A stretch of DNA of 63,243 nt, the filler included, from Reclinomonas americana ATCC 50394 (lineage: Eukaryota), in assembly GCA_048213135.1 (NCBI GenBank). It is 12 parts of 12 records of this genome, joined end to end, with 100 filler letters (N's around TTAATTAATTAA, not from the genome) between each part and the next. Parts side by side here need not be neighbours in the genome. Positions count along the whole stretch, not along the records: positions 21,528 to 26,698 come from AFZH01017223.1; positions 26,799 to 29,979 come from AFZH01017224.1; positions 30,080 to 53,543 come from AFZH01017225.1; 9 more parts are not named here. The stretch is one strand, 5' to 3'. A program made the position numbers and the translations under genes. Below are positions 23,501 through 40,000 of this stretch, piece by piece. The notes below the pieces were generated by a model. That model did no database searches. It was given only the letters and a program-made list of their open reading frames with translations, and was not told the DNA's origin. Each line of letters begins with the position of its first letter. Positions within the stretch are counted from its first letter, which is position 1.

Positions 23501-25613
23501 TCGTCAACCACAACAATGCTGAACATAATGGGTCAGAACATGAGTCTACTGTTCTCTTTCGCTTTCTCTCTCTCTCTCTCCAATCCCTTCCCCTCCTCTC
23601 CCCTTCTCTCCCCTTCACCCTGCATCCCTTCCCCCTGCTCCCCCCAGGTTCTCCTCCTGGTCCTCCCCCGGCGCGCTCTTCGACCCCAACGGCGACACCT
23701 ACCTCTGGCTCATCCCCGTCGTCACCCACTCCCTCCTCGTGGCCCTCCTCAACGCCGTCTACTCACCCGTCGCCGAGTGGCTGACCGAGCGCGAGAACCA
23801 CCGCACCGAGGACGCACACAGCGTCAGCCTCTCCACCAAAAAGGTGCTCTTTTCGTGCTCCGACTGCTACCTCCCGCTGTTCTACCTGGCGTTCGTGGAG
23901 CGCAACGTGCCCAACCTGCGCACCGAGCTTGCCGCCCTGTTCACCAGCGACGAAATGCGGCGCGTCTTCACCGAGAGCGTGCTGCCGTACCTGATGAATC
24001 GCCTGTTCAAGGCCCGACCGACGGCGCCGTCAGCGTTGGTGTCGCCCGGCAACGACCTGTCGTACGCCGGCTCGCGGTACGAGAGCACGTATGATGATTT
24101 TGTGGAGATGTTTGTGCAAGTTGCGTGCGCCCTCTCTCTGTCTCTCTCTGTTACTTGCGAACTCTCTCGAGCCTCTTCTTGTCTTCCTACTCCTCCCCGC
24201 CCCTTCTAAACCACTCTCTCGCTCATCCTCTTCCTTTTCCCGCGTCCTCCTCCTCCACCGCTGGATCCTCGATCTACTACTCCTGTCCTCCTCCTTTTCC
24301 TCCCCCTCCTTCCCCCCCCGCTTCCTTTCCCTCCTTTCCCCTTTACTCTTCTCATCACCTGTCGCGCAGTTCGGCTACGTGGTGCTCTTCGCCAGCGCCT
24401 TCCCCCTCGCCGCCATCTTCAGCGTCCTCTCCAACGTGGTGGAGATCCGCTCCGACCTCGTCAAGCTCACCTACGTCAGCAAGCGACCCGAGCCACTTCG
24501 CGTGGTCGACCTCGGCGCATGGGAGACGGTGCTGGAGGCGTTTGCCTGCTTGTCGGTTCGCACCATCACCCAATCTCTCTGTCTTCATGGTTCTGTTGCT
24601 GACTGCCGCGCGCAGGTCGTCACCAACTGTGTACTCATGGGTTCCTCCGGCGACCTGGTGGTGCAGGCGGGAAGCTCCGAGTTGCGTTCTCCGATAGTTG
24701 CCCGCTCCACTTCCGCCATCTCATTTTTCTTTGTCAATCGATGCACAGTCGTGCGCTCACGGTACTCATCGCACAAAACCTGTTAATTGTGGTGGTACTG
24801 TGCATCCGCTGGCTCGTCGACGATGTGCCGTACACGGTGCGCAAGGCTGTGGCCTACGAAATGTTCCAGGCGCTGCATGCGTCGCAAGCCGACGCACACT
24901 TGTCCATGGCCATGCCATCGTCGCCGGCACCGCTGTCGCGGCACAGCAAGGTGGTGTCGTGGGACGCAGACGCACAGCCGCTGTCCCCAATCACGCTGCA
25001 CATTGGTGCCGACGACATTGGCGACGTCAAGGAGACGAAGGCGATTGACGACATCGTCTCACCCACGTCCAGCAGCGGCTCGTTTATTGTGCGCAAGAAT
25101 GTGGACGATCGTGGTCGTCGTGTCACTGACAGTGATGAAGATGATGACGACGATTCGGATTTGGGGACGGAAGAGGTGACGGACGAGGAGTTTGACGATG
25201 CTGCTGCCGCGGTCGACGTCGACAGCGATTCCGATGAGCGTGGCGAGCGTGGCGAGCACGACGACGATGATGATGATGATGATGATAGGAGGAGGCGACG
25301 TGGGACGGCACATGGTGTGGACGGCGGGTATCAGGATCCACCAATGCTGGCGGTGGAGCATGACGCCTGTCACGACGACGACGACGACGACACGACGAGA
25401 CCGCTGCTGGTGCGGGCAGAGGATTCGCTGGAGCTGCTGATGCCAGCCCGCGGCTCCTCTGTCACGTCCATTGCCGACGACGGCAGCAGCTTGTCGGATG
25501 ACACGGGGGCCGACAATGCGTCCGAGCAGCTGGCCGGCTTTTTGCGCAGTGAGAGCAATCTGCACCTGGTGGCGGCGGCTCGCTCGAGACGGCGGCGATC
25601 GGTAATATTCTAG
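20580..25613 (+). CDS. Anoctamin/TMEM16 family protein (ANO8/ANO10-like), multi-exon, spans one gap
   Basis: Motifs PLNALRDYYGESVVFYFAW, FRG.TRVNPVTG, LTERENHRT, DDFVEMFVQ|FGYVVLFASAFPLAA, NVVEIRSD and LGAW. The start codon and N-terminal exons are less certain. Confidence 0.9.
21634..21900. repeat. 157-bp tandem duplication in an anoctamin intron
   Basis: CCGTCCCTGATGCTGGTGACATCTTGCCATTCCGAGCTTCATGTAACGCGCTGCTCGTCACT at ~21634 and ~21791. Confidence 0.9.
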
Positions 25614-25787
25614 ACTCATAATGAATGAATGAAAGCATGCATGTTTTGTTTGGCAAACGGGGCTGGACTGCATTGCAGAGAAGGAGTGGAAATTCTCAGC
25701 CTCGTCGCACACATAAACAAAAACTAGGGCCACGCAAAACTATAGCAAACATGCAGTGGTATCACACACAGACGCCAGCCAGAAAAA

Positions 25788-27036
25788 CTACTGCGCATAC
25801 GCAGGCTGCTGCAAAAAGTCGCGATTCGGACGCGGCGGCACGGCCGGTGGCGGCGGCGGCTGCAACACATACGCACGCCCCTCAGCATCAAACATGACTC
25901 GCGGTGGCGGTTGTACACCGTCGCCCGCCCGGTACTGCGGATCCACCGGTGCCGGTGGCAGCGGAGCAGGCGGAGGTCCCATGGCCACGCGCGCTTGCGG
26001 ATTCACTGGTGGTTGCGGTTGATGTTGATGATGATGATGGTGGTTTCGATTCTGCACTTGCTGTCGCTGCTGCTGCAAGTGCGCCTGGTCCGCGGCCGCC
26101 GTGGCCGTCTTCCACTGATAGGCACCAATCACCACCAGCACCGACAGCATGAGCGGCAGCATCGTCAACGTGGTCTCGGAGGTGCCTTGCCGCCATCCGC
26201 TCGTCCCAAGTGACGCTGGCGAGGGAGGCGGAGGCTGTGATCGACCGGAGCCGCCCTTTGGTGGCGGTGGCGGTAAAGATGAGTCGCTGCTCTCGTCATT
26301 GGAGGCAAAGAAGAGTCCGGTCGCGTGTCCAATTGTGGCCAATCCCCACACCCACGGCAGCGCCTTGATGAGAATTACAAGCGGGCGTCGATACTACGAT
26401 GAACGAAGGGATGCGTGAGTGGCACTGGAGGAGGAGGTGGGGTGCGAGGAGGCAGGCGAACGCACCGGGAATTGCAGGTCGGAATACTGCGCATGACATA
26501 AAACGTGAGTGAGTGATGGGGGGGAGAGAGAAGAGAGGGAAGGGAAGGGAGGGAGGGAAGAGGAGAGGGAGAGGGAGAGGGAGAGAGGGGAGAAGGGTGG
26601 GAGGGGTGAGAGAGGGAGAAGGAGAGGGAGAGGGAGAAGGAAAAGGGAGAGGGAAGGGAAGGGTGGAGGGGAAGGGTGGAGGAGAGGGAGAGGGGAGANN
26701 NNNNNNNNNNNNNNNNNNNNNNNNNNNNNNNNNNNNNNNNNNTTAATTAATTAANNNNNNNNNNNNNNNNNNNNNNNNNNNNNNNNNNNNNNNNNNNNTT
26801 TACCAGTGGGGCCAGGGCGTCGACACTGCGGAACTTGTTTGCGGCGAGTGAGAGGGCGACGAGCTTTGGCAGTGCTGCAGAGGCCAAGTGCTCCAGTCCA
26901 TCCTTCAGGTAGTTGTCGTCGAGAGACAGCTGCATGTGGAAGGCGTTGTGTGTGTGAGAGTGAGTGAGTGAGTGTGTGTTGAGTGAGTGTGCGAGTGTGT
27001 GTGTGTGTGTGAGTGAGTGAGTGAGTGAGTGAGTGA

Positions 27037-27134
<98 letters not shown>

Positions 27135-27266
27135 ACAATCAGCACGCGTCGGAAACGACATGTGTGTGTGAGAGAGCGGAACTTTGACCACAAAGTATCC
27201 GAGTGCACAGGCACCGGCCCACACCACTCGGCGAATGATGGTGCCGATGGCCAGGAAGAAGCCCAT
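25788..27266 (-). CDS. Hypothetical membrane protein with Pro/Gln-rich tail; exons 27266-27183, 26486-26466, 26393-25788 (spans one gap)
   Basis: Phase-0 GT-AG exons give MGFFLAIGTIIRRVVWAGACALGYFVVK / YSDLQFP / YRRPLVILIKALPWVWGL... with several hydrophobic helices. Joining across the gap is inferred. Confidence 0.5.
26804..26929 (-). CDS. Isolated 126-nt leucine-rich-repeat exon resembling ANP32
   Basis: LSLDDNYLKDGLEHLASAALPKLVALSLAANKFRSVDALAPL contains two LxLxxNxL repeats and is flanked by CAG and GT. Confidence 0.65.
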
Positions 27267-27319
27267 TCACTCGCAGAGAGGAAAACGAAACGGTCAGCAT
27301 GGATCCTGTCAGGATCCGG

Positions 27320-28050
27320 CAAAGCAGGACAACTCGCAAACAGAGGCCTCTGATGGCCGAATGCGAGTATGCAGAGTGTGGTGGGTGTAGAGCGGAAGAC
27401 GAAGTGTGAGATGGCGTGCAGAGAGCAGCGTTTCGCGACGTGGTTTGCCGGATATTGACTGCAGGACAATCTCAGAATGAAGGGATGCAGAGGCAAGAGA
27501 GTGACACGGCTCTTGGATTCTGCAACTGGGACTTGACGAGCATCGTGCAGGAGAGGCCGCGTCGAATGGGCTGCAATGGCACGCATGTTCTCACGAAATC
27601 CAATTGCAGAGGACAATCAATGCTGCAGCGGAAGCAGAGGCCCGTGAGCGTCGCGGCTCACGGCTCCATGTACAGGACTTGATAGGCAAGGCGCACAATA
27701 AGCCGCGACGAACGGGCTGCAGAGAGGCGCAAGATCGGCGTGCATCCAGTTGCGCAGGACAATCGATCTATGAGTGGGAGGAGGGGCTTGCAAGCTGCGC
27801 CTCTCATGGATTCCTTGGGTATAATGTTACAAGCAGCATGTGGAAGAGGCTGTGACGAAGAAGGTGCAGAGACAAGCAAGATCCGCCTGCATCCTGTTGC
27901 GCAGGACAATCGATCTGTGAGCGGAAGCAGACTCTCGCAAGCTGTGCGGCTCACGGATTCTTTGAGTGGGGGTGTTGCAGGCAGAGTGCAGGGGAGGCTC
28001 CGCCGCAGAAACAGCCTGGTTCCACTTCTCCAGTTGCACAGGACAAATTG
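27320..28050. repeat. Degenerate ~137-147 bp tandem repeat between divergent genes
   Basis: Core GGACAA at 27327, 27464, 27611, 27757, 27904 and 28041. The copies at 27757 and 27904 align over ~90 bp. Confidence 0.7.
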
Positions 28051-28075
28051 CATTTTCCACTTTATTCACACGACG

Positions 28076-31682
<3,607 letters not shown>

Positions 31683-31905
31683 GCTGTGCCGTCCCTCCTC
31701 GCGTCTCCTGTATCCCCCCGTTATGCATGTAAATGCCTCTTCCCCCCCGCCCGTTATCGCACATGAAAGCACGCACCATTCACTTACACAGAAAGGGTGG
31801 CGCGCAAAAAAGGGGGGAGAAGAAAAACACACACGCAGAACACGCGAGCGAGAGAGAGAAAGGGAGAGACATGCAACGCAGCTCCTCCTATCCCACTTCG
31901 TCGTC

Positions 31906-33237
31906 TTACTTGTACTTGTCGTGAATGGTGGGCGGCTCGTTCTCTGCCGGACCCGCAGGCGGCACATTCTCCGCGCTGGTGCTGCGACGCGAGCTCGACT
32001 TCTTCTTCTTCTCCTCGCGACGGCGTTTCCGGTCGGCCTTGTTGCCGAACGGGTCCGAGCCGAACAGGCGCACCAGCATGATAAACGGCATCACCGCGTA
32101 GGAGCCGTACGCGGCCAGGATCTGCAGCGGCTGCGGCGACGCATGCTCGCCCCACACCTGCTCGACGAGAATCACCACAGTCGTGTACAGCAAGCCCCAC
32201 GCGAAGCAGGCGCCCGGCAGGCGGATCCAGTCGCGGCCTGTTTCGGTGGAGGGAAGGAGGGCGGAAGTGAGTAGTTGGTTTTGGTGGCAGAGTGGGGCGC
32301 GCATGAGGTGAGGAGCGTACCGCGGATGAAGGCGTACGTGGCCACAATGTAGAACGGGGCGTACAGCACCGGCGACACCATCTGCACGGAGGAGAGAGTC
32401 AGGCACTCGCTTGATGAGATCCTCTGTTGCGGCACAGCGCACACGATTCTCCTCTTACGATCCTTTCGATGTTGCACGCCTTTCGTGCCTCTATCACGCA
32501 CAGGGTATCTCTGTGCTCCTCTCACGAACGACGGGCACAGAAGCCCTCTCTGTCTGCTGCTGGTCATGCGCAGCGCAATCTATTCTCCGAAGATCACAGA
32601 CCTTTGCACTCAATCGGTCTCCTCTCGGCACCAATCCTTCTCTGTGCGACTGCAAAGTTCTATCCTCCTCTCTGTGCCTCTCCTCTCCCTCGCCCCTTCT
32701 CCTTTCCTCCATTCAAAAAAGTGGCAAAAGCATACAAGCACTGGGGCTTCCCAAGTGGTCCCCCACCCTAGTACTGACCCAGCTGAACGCGGCTTAACTT
32801 CACAGATCGGACGGGATGTGGTGTTTTCCGCGTCATGTGGCCGTATGCGACTACTTGAGCGAAAGAGTGCACGGGGGGATTGCAGAAAAACAGCCGCCAC
32901 CAATCATCTCTATCTCTCATTTTCACGCCGATTCCCTTCTCTCGCGCCACTCACCGCCATCACTTGATACCACAACGGATTCACACTGAGCAGCAGATCA
33001 ATCGACGGCGACGCCCACCACCAGTACGCATCCACGAGAACCTGTACGTCATCATCACACGCACGCACAAACAAAAGCACACAAAATCGAACGAAATTGA
33101 GCACAACATGAAAGAAGGGGAAATGCAAGGCAACAGAACCACATGAGAAGCGAGAGAGTTCGTGAAAGAGTGTGCGCGCGCGCAACACGCACGAACGCAA
33201 CACACACGTGTTTCACACACACACACACTGTCACTCA

Positions 33238-33286
<49 letters not shown>

Positions 33287-33449
33287 CACTCTCTCTCTCT
33301 CTCACTCACACACTCCCATGCACCTTTGGTGGCCACAACAACTCAGGCGCATCCGCCGCTCGGAAATGCATAAACGCCTGCATAAAGTCCGTCGTCGCCG
33401 CAAAGAAAAGCGCTGCACAAAAGAGAAAGAAAGAGTGAGGAGAGTGAGT

Positions 33450-33482
<33 letters not shown>

Positions 33483-33701
33483 TGGAGAGAAAGAGAGAGA
33501 GAAGGGCAAGAAGGAACTGCAGATATCTCTCAGATTACACAGGAGAGAATAGTGAGAGAAGAGGAGGAAACGTGCTGCAGAGCCAGGCACACACACACAC
33601 GCACACAAGCGAGAGAGAGAAAGAGAGAGAGAGGGAGAGAGGGAGGGAGAGAGAGAAAGGTGAAGGAGAAAGAGGACACGACACAAGAGACAGGCACGCA
33701 C

Positions 33702-33736
<35 letters not shown>

Positions 33737-33941
33737 AGAGAGATAGAAAGGAGGAACTGCAGATATCTCCCAGAGTCAACACACACACACGCGCGCACAC
33801 ACACACAGAAGGAGAAAGAGAGAGAGATGATAGAGAGAAATGAGAGACAAGGAACCGCAGAGAACGCTGTCTCCACTCACACATCAGCATCCACAGCACA
33901 AGCAGCGCATCGACAAAACGCTGAGAGCACGTGCGCGTCAT
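31906..33941 (-). CDS. EXPERA-domain (EBP/TMEM97-like) membrane protein; exons 33941-33881, 33412-33324, 33041-32955, 32381-32321, 32237-31906
   Basis: Spliced product WPPKVLVDAYWWW...DLLLSVNPLW...VLYAPFYIVATYAF...WIRLP...Y...P, with four predicted TM helices. Confidence 0.7.
32715..32729 (-). terminator. Pol III oligo-T terminators (T4, then T6) of the 5S gene
   Basis: The minus strand reads ...GTATGCTTTTGCCACTTTTTT. Confidence 0.85.
32729..32848 (-). rRNA. RNA5S: 5S rRNA gene
   Basis: 120-nt GCATACGGCCAC...CATCCCGTCCGATCTGTGAAGTTAAGC...AGTACTAGGGTGGGGGACCACTTGGGAA...GTATGCT. The terminal stem pairs (GCATAC/GTATGC). Confidence 0.97.
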
Positions 33942-34012
33942 TCTCTCACAAACACAAATGATGCTCGCCACCCTTTGTTTGTCTCGTTTGCCTCTACTCT
34001 CTCTCCCAGTGA

Positions 34013-37000
34013 ATGTCACTCCACCACTGGCTCACCTCGGAGATCACCGCGCCCGACGTGGCCTCCACCGCCTCCCGCTCCTCCGCCTCCTCCTCCACCA
34101 CGACGACCACCACTGTGCGCATCAAAGAAGAGCGCAGAGAGCACCACCACGTTGTCGTCGCCGACGATGACTACTATGTGTCGGCGGCGCCACCAGTGTC
34201 GCTGCGCGAGGTGTGTCAGTGGCCGCTGGGCGTCAGTGCTGCGCAGGTGCGCAAGCTGCTGCGGGATGGTGAGCGAAGGGAGCAGCTGGTGGCGGAGATC
34301 AATGCGCGGTTGGAGCAGGTTAACCAGGTCGCGGATGAGTTGCGTTTGTTGGTGTGGAGGAGGCGTGTGTGTTGTGTTGTGTGGGAGAGAGGTGTGTGTG
34401 CAGCAGTGAATGGGAGGAGAAGAAAGAATGAGTTGACAACAGAGTGTGACAACATAATTGCATTCACGCTTCTTGTGGAGAAGAGTGTGTGGAAAGTGTG
34501 TGTAAGTGAGTGTAATAGTGTGTGAAGAGTGTGTGTGAGAGAGCAGTGTATGCAACGGTGATGGGAGAGGTCGGCAGAGAAGAAGAAAGAATGAGTTGAC
34601 ATTTGCATTTGCACAAACATGCTTCTTGAGGAGAAAAGTGTGTGGAAAGTGTGTGAAAGTGAGTGTAATAGTGTGTGCAACAGTGTGTACAACAGTGTGT
34701 GCAACAGTGAATGGGAGAGGGGAGCCGCGAGGAATGAGTGACAACAGAATGTGACAACATATGCATTTGCACAAGCATGCTTCTTGTGAAGAAAGTGTGT
34801 GGAAAGTGTGTGAAAGTGTGTGCAACAGTGTGTGCAATAGTGTGTGAGGGAGCAGTGTGTGCAACAGTGAATGGGAGAGGGAAGTAGGGAGGAAGAGGCA
34901 TGTGACAGATTGTGACAACATATGCATTTGCGCACAAACACGCTTCTTGTGAGGTGAAGAGTGCGTGGAAAGTGTGTGAAAGTGTGTGAAGAATGTATGG
35001 AGCAGTTGGCAGAGGGGGCAGGGAGGACGGCAGAGGGGGGCTGGGAGACGGAAGAGGGAATGAGTGACAGCATGTGATGGAATGAGATCATTCTTTCCGG
35101 TGTGCTTCTTGTTGAGAAGAGTGTGTGGAAAGTGTGCGTAAGTGTGTGAAAGTGTGTGCAACAGTGTGCGCTAGTGAGTGTACGTGGGTGGCAGAGTGAC
35201 GACAGAGTGTGACAGCAAGCGAACCATTCCCTTTGCATTATCCTGCCGGTCTTTTTCCTTTGCGCCTCTCTTGCCCGATCGTCGCTGACTCCAGCTTGCG
35301 TTTGTGTGGCGCGTCAGATGGGAAGCATGTCCACGTGCGCTGCAGCGGCTGCTCAGTCAGCCATCGGTATATATGGTGGAGCTGGTCAGCGACATGGTGG
35401 AGGATCTGCGCAGTGCATTGTCGATGCGAGGCAGTGGAGGAGGAGGTGCGCCTCCATCCGCGTTCGTGGAGATCATGGAGCGCATGGATCCGCACGGACG
35501 GGAGCCGTCGGAGTTGGAGACGAGGAGTGTGTGTGGACTGCTGCGTCGCATGTTGCGACAGTTGTACTTGACAATCGGTGATGCGGTGCTTGTCTTCGGC
35601 ATGTACTCGGCCAAGTTGCTGGCTCATTTTTCCGTTGCGCATGCATAGATGATGGGGCAATTCGGTGGCCACTGCGCATGGTGACGCAGGTGGCGACGTA
35701 TGACAAGCTAATTGTCAAGCTGGCGACGCCGCTCTTTTGGCGCTGCTTCAAGGAGGTGTTTAGCTTTGCAGGCAACTCGCGGGTTCGGTGCGTATCGTCG
35801 CCCTCTGTGCTCGTGCCTTGCAGTGCGTACCCCTCCATCGCTCATGCATGTGTGCGTGGGCGTGTCAGCAATGCGGCCAAGAGTCTATCGCAAACGTATT
35901 TCGAGTATTTCGGCAGTCAGTTGGTGTTTGCCGAGGAGGTGTTTCCCAAATTCCAGCGTGCCACCCGCCTCGTGTCTGTCAGCATCGCCGATCCCGACGA
36001 CAATATCATGCCCATGGAGTTTGTGTACATGGGAAAGTGTGAGAGATGGCCAGCGAGTTGCGTGCCTGCTCTTGTGCTCTCGGGAAAACAGAGGTTTCCG
36101 CCTGACACGTCCCGCCCAGACGTCTCGCAACGGAGTGATGTGGTTTTCAATCCAGTTGTGAATCCACCAAACTCCTCGCGGTCGTCGGTGAGTGCATCTC
36201 TCTCTTCCCCACCCATCCCCATCGTCTCCCCATCGTCTCCCCATCGTCTCCCCATCGTCTCCCCATCGTCTCCCCATCGTCTCCCCATCGTCTCCCCCAT
36301 CGTCTCCCCCATCGTCTCCCGCATCGTCTCCCGCATCGTCTCCCGCATCGTCTCCCGCATCGTCTCCCGCATCGTCTCCCCCATCGTCTCCCCCATCCTC
36401 TCCCCATCCTCTCCCCCTCTTTCCCATCGCCCTCCTTCTCACACTGCCCCTTCCCCGCTTCCCCCCTTCTCCCCCTTCTCCCCTTTTCCCCTTCCCCCCT
36501 CCGCAGAATCATGACGACGACGGCGGCGGCAACTCGTACTACGTGGTGGCGTCGTTCAACAGCCCCGTCCCCGTAATGATCAGTCCATCGCGGTGCACGT
36601 TTGTCGTCAGCAAGAATGTGCCGCTAATCACCGCTGCCGATGTCGACTGCCCATCCGAACTGCTCGCCGAATGCAACATCAACGCCATCTTGTGGACCGA
36701 CGGTACCGTCACTGCCGAGTGCTTTTCAGTGGACACGACAGAGATGCCGGACACGGCGCCGAGGTTGCCGTTCTTCTCGGCGGCACTGCAGGCTGACTTT
36801 GACAGGGAGTTTCTCGGTCGCGATACCACGTGGGAGGCGCATCGGTCAGTGTTTCGTGGAAGCCCGTGTGTGTGCTTGAGTGTTTCTCAATTGGCTCGCG
36901 CAGTGGAATTCACGACAAGCCGGACCACCTTAGCACGTGCGAGAGGGAGCTCGTGCTGAAATTTTTCGCCGCGCATGGATATGGTGTCGATGTGTTGTTG

Positions 37001-40000
37001 GCGGTCTCTCTTGTCACCAATCGGTCGGTTCTGCAAATGATTACCATGTGCCATCACGATATTGAGGTGTGTTTGCATGAAAGAGTCTCTCTCTCTCTTT
37101 CTTTTTGTCTCTCTCTCTCTCAACTCTCTCTCTTCTGTGACGCGCAGGGTTTCACCGAGGCCTTCTTGCACGTCGAACCCCTCTCTTGGGCGCCACGTGA
37201 ATCTGGCTCCTTGTTGCGTTTGTGACCTCATCTCCTTTCTTTGTCTCCTTCTGCTGACGACGAGCACCAATGCACAGACAACCCATCGACCTCACTATTG
37301 GCGTTGTCAGACCTGATGGGTCACCAACGGTACAGGCGCCGACCTTCCTCACGACTCGTGTCTTGTCTGTTCTCAATTCGCTGGCCGAGTTGCAGGGAGC
37401 AACACGCTCATTCGACTGGAGCACCATGTCGACGCTGGAGGTGGCACTGAAGCGCCTGTACCAGCAGGAAGTAGAGTATGCTCCACTTCTGGCCGCCGCT
37501 GACTGTTGCGTCTGTCACTTGTGTTCCTGCCTCCTGCAGAGAATTGTGCAACTTACTTTTTATGCCACTGCAGTGTGCGACACGAAGCAGTACTTGGAGT
37601 CGAGTTGAGTTTCCCTCACTCAACAAAAGATGCAATTCCTCTCTCTATCTCTCTCATGCGCTTCCTTGTGCAGGATACGCGGCACTTCCGTTGCAGCGGA
37701 CTGCTCTTTTCATGGCCAGTCAGCCCGAGGTGGAGATCGACCAGTCGACCGACGACCGTTCGTCGCCTGAGCGACTGATGCCGTCCATTGACGAGCACGA
37801 CGACGACCCGTGCGGTCCGTCGTTGCCATCACTGCCTCCCGACGCTTCGTATCGCGAATTCGTGCGTTGGTACCAGGACAGTTTGGCCGAGGCAAGTCGC
37901 GAGGCAGCCGAGGAGCCGATCAGCGTGTGCTCACCTCCAAAACCTCGATCGGTGAGCCATGTTGTCATCTCTTGATTTTGTCGACCTTTAATCTCAGAGT
38001 TTTCTTCTCCCGTCTCTCTCTCCCTCTGTCCTTCTCTCCTTCTCTCTCTCTTTTTGCCTCTCGCTCTTACTCTCTCTTTCGCTGCCGTTCTCTCTCTCCC
38101 TCTTCCTCTGTTTCTCTCTCTCCGTTTTCTCTTCCTCTCTTCCTCTCCGTCTCCCTCTCTCCATTTCCTCTCCTTCTCTCCTTTTCTCTCTCCCTCTCCT
38201 TGTCCCTCTCCCTCTCCCTCTCCCTCCTTCTCCTTATCCCTCTCCTTCGCCCTCTCCTTGTCCCTCTCCTTCTCTCCTTCTCCCTCTCTCCATCTCCCTC
38301 TCCATCTCCTTCTCCATCTCCTTCTCCATCTCTTTCTCCCTCTCCCTCTCCCTTCCCTCTCCTTCTCCCTTCTCCCTCTCCCTCTTACCCCTCCCTCTTC
38401 TTCTCTCTCTTCCCCCTCCTTCTCCCTCTCTTCCTTCCCTCCCTCGCCCGCAGCTCGGCATCTTCTCGCTGCGGCTCGCACCCGGCCTGTACACACAGCA
38501 GACCGTCAAGGATCCAGTGTTGCGTTCGCCATTCAAGATGTACGGCAACAACATCTGGTTCTCCACCGTCCACCTGTACCACACGCTGCACGCATACGCG
38601 ACGTATCACGGTATGGATAGCCAACAATCAATGTCTGTTGCAACAACAACCCTCTCACATCACTTCACAGTCGGCGACTTCATCTACCACCGTGTGGGCG
38701 GCTTTTCGCACCCGGACAACATGCACATTGCGAAAATCCTCGCGTGCTGGAAGGATCGAGACACACGCAAGACTGGTGTTCGCTGTCGCATGGTATGCAC
38801 TCGCTTTGCTGTTGGTACGTGTTCGCGATGTCACAATTGATTGACGCTGGCGTGCAGTTTCTGCGCCGGCACGACAAGGTGTTGGATCGCTTGTGCCTGT
38901 CGTCGGCCGCCGAGCACGAGGTGGGCGTCGTGTTGCCGACTCACTTCTGCCTTCCATCACTCACCTGCTGGTTGTGGATAGGTGTTTGCCACGGATCACA
39001 TCTTTGACTTGCACGTGCACATGATTACGGGACGATGCATTGTTCGCCATCTGGAGAAGCGAGACGAAATCGAAGATGACGGGATGGACGGCGAAACAAA
39101 GGGATCGGTGGAGGAGCGGCGACCGCATCAATACGTGTGCTCGAGGTGATCAGCAGCGCCCATACCGAAGCAGTTGCACCTGGCTCTCACTCCTTATTAA
39201 TCGCCGTGTGCAGAGCATATCTCTACCCGAATGGCTTCTCCCCGTTATCGCTGCAGCAGTGGCTGCACTTGGATGTTGCCGTGGAGAGATCGTCGGGCTC
39301 GCGAAGTGGAATCCGAGTGGACGGTGGTGGCGGCGGCCTGTTCAGCTCGCACGTCCTGGGTGATCCGACGAGTAGTTTTGCTGAGGCATTGGCGTGGCAA
39401 TGGCTTCCATGCGTCAGCTCCATCGTCAGCACCCTGCAACAGCTCCGCAGTGACATTGACAGCACCTTCAACTCGATCGAGGCACACTTTTTGCGCGCGG
39501 TGAGTGCTCGAAGGTCATGACCATTCATCCGTCGTTGTGCGCGCCTCACATTGTGGCATAGGTGGAGCCGTCGCGTCTCGCCGAGAAGTCTGTCGAGTTT
39601 TACGTGGACGACATCTCCATGGGCCGCGAAGTCGTTCCGCTGCCGTGCCGCAACGGAGTCGATCGTTCTCCGTTCCCGGTCGTTGATGTTGCGTTCGTCG
39701 TTGATTGATCGACCACTCTTGGCTTCGCACTCATACATCCTCCGCGCAGTACGCCCCTGTTACAGTGGCTGGCTTTGGGTTTCCCGTGCGTTTCCAGTTG
39801 CTGCTGCAGCAGGCGCTGCGAGATGCCAAGTCATTTTGCATTTGTGTGCTCAACAGGGGTGGTGCGTCATGATTCGCCTCCGTCCCCAACCCTTTCCCTC
39901 TCTGACCTCACTCACTTGTCCACCTTCAAGATGTGAACGCACGTCGACCGAAAGCCGCCTACCGATCGCAGCAGCCACGACTGCGGCGCCGTGTTGCTCG

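Noticed and set aside
24119..24370. Non-canonical TT donors (G|TTGCG) as an alternative reading of the shifted class
   Set aside because: That reading would change the invariant QFG to QVG here and HAGH to RAGH in PCYT2. GT-AG boundaries fit.
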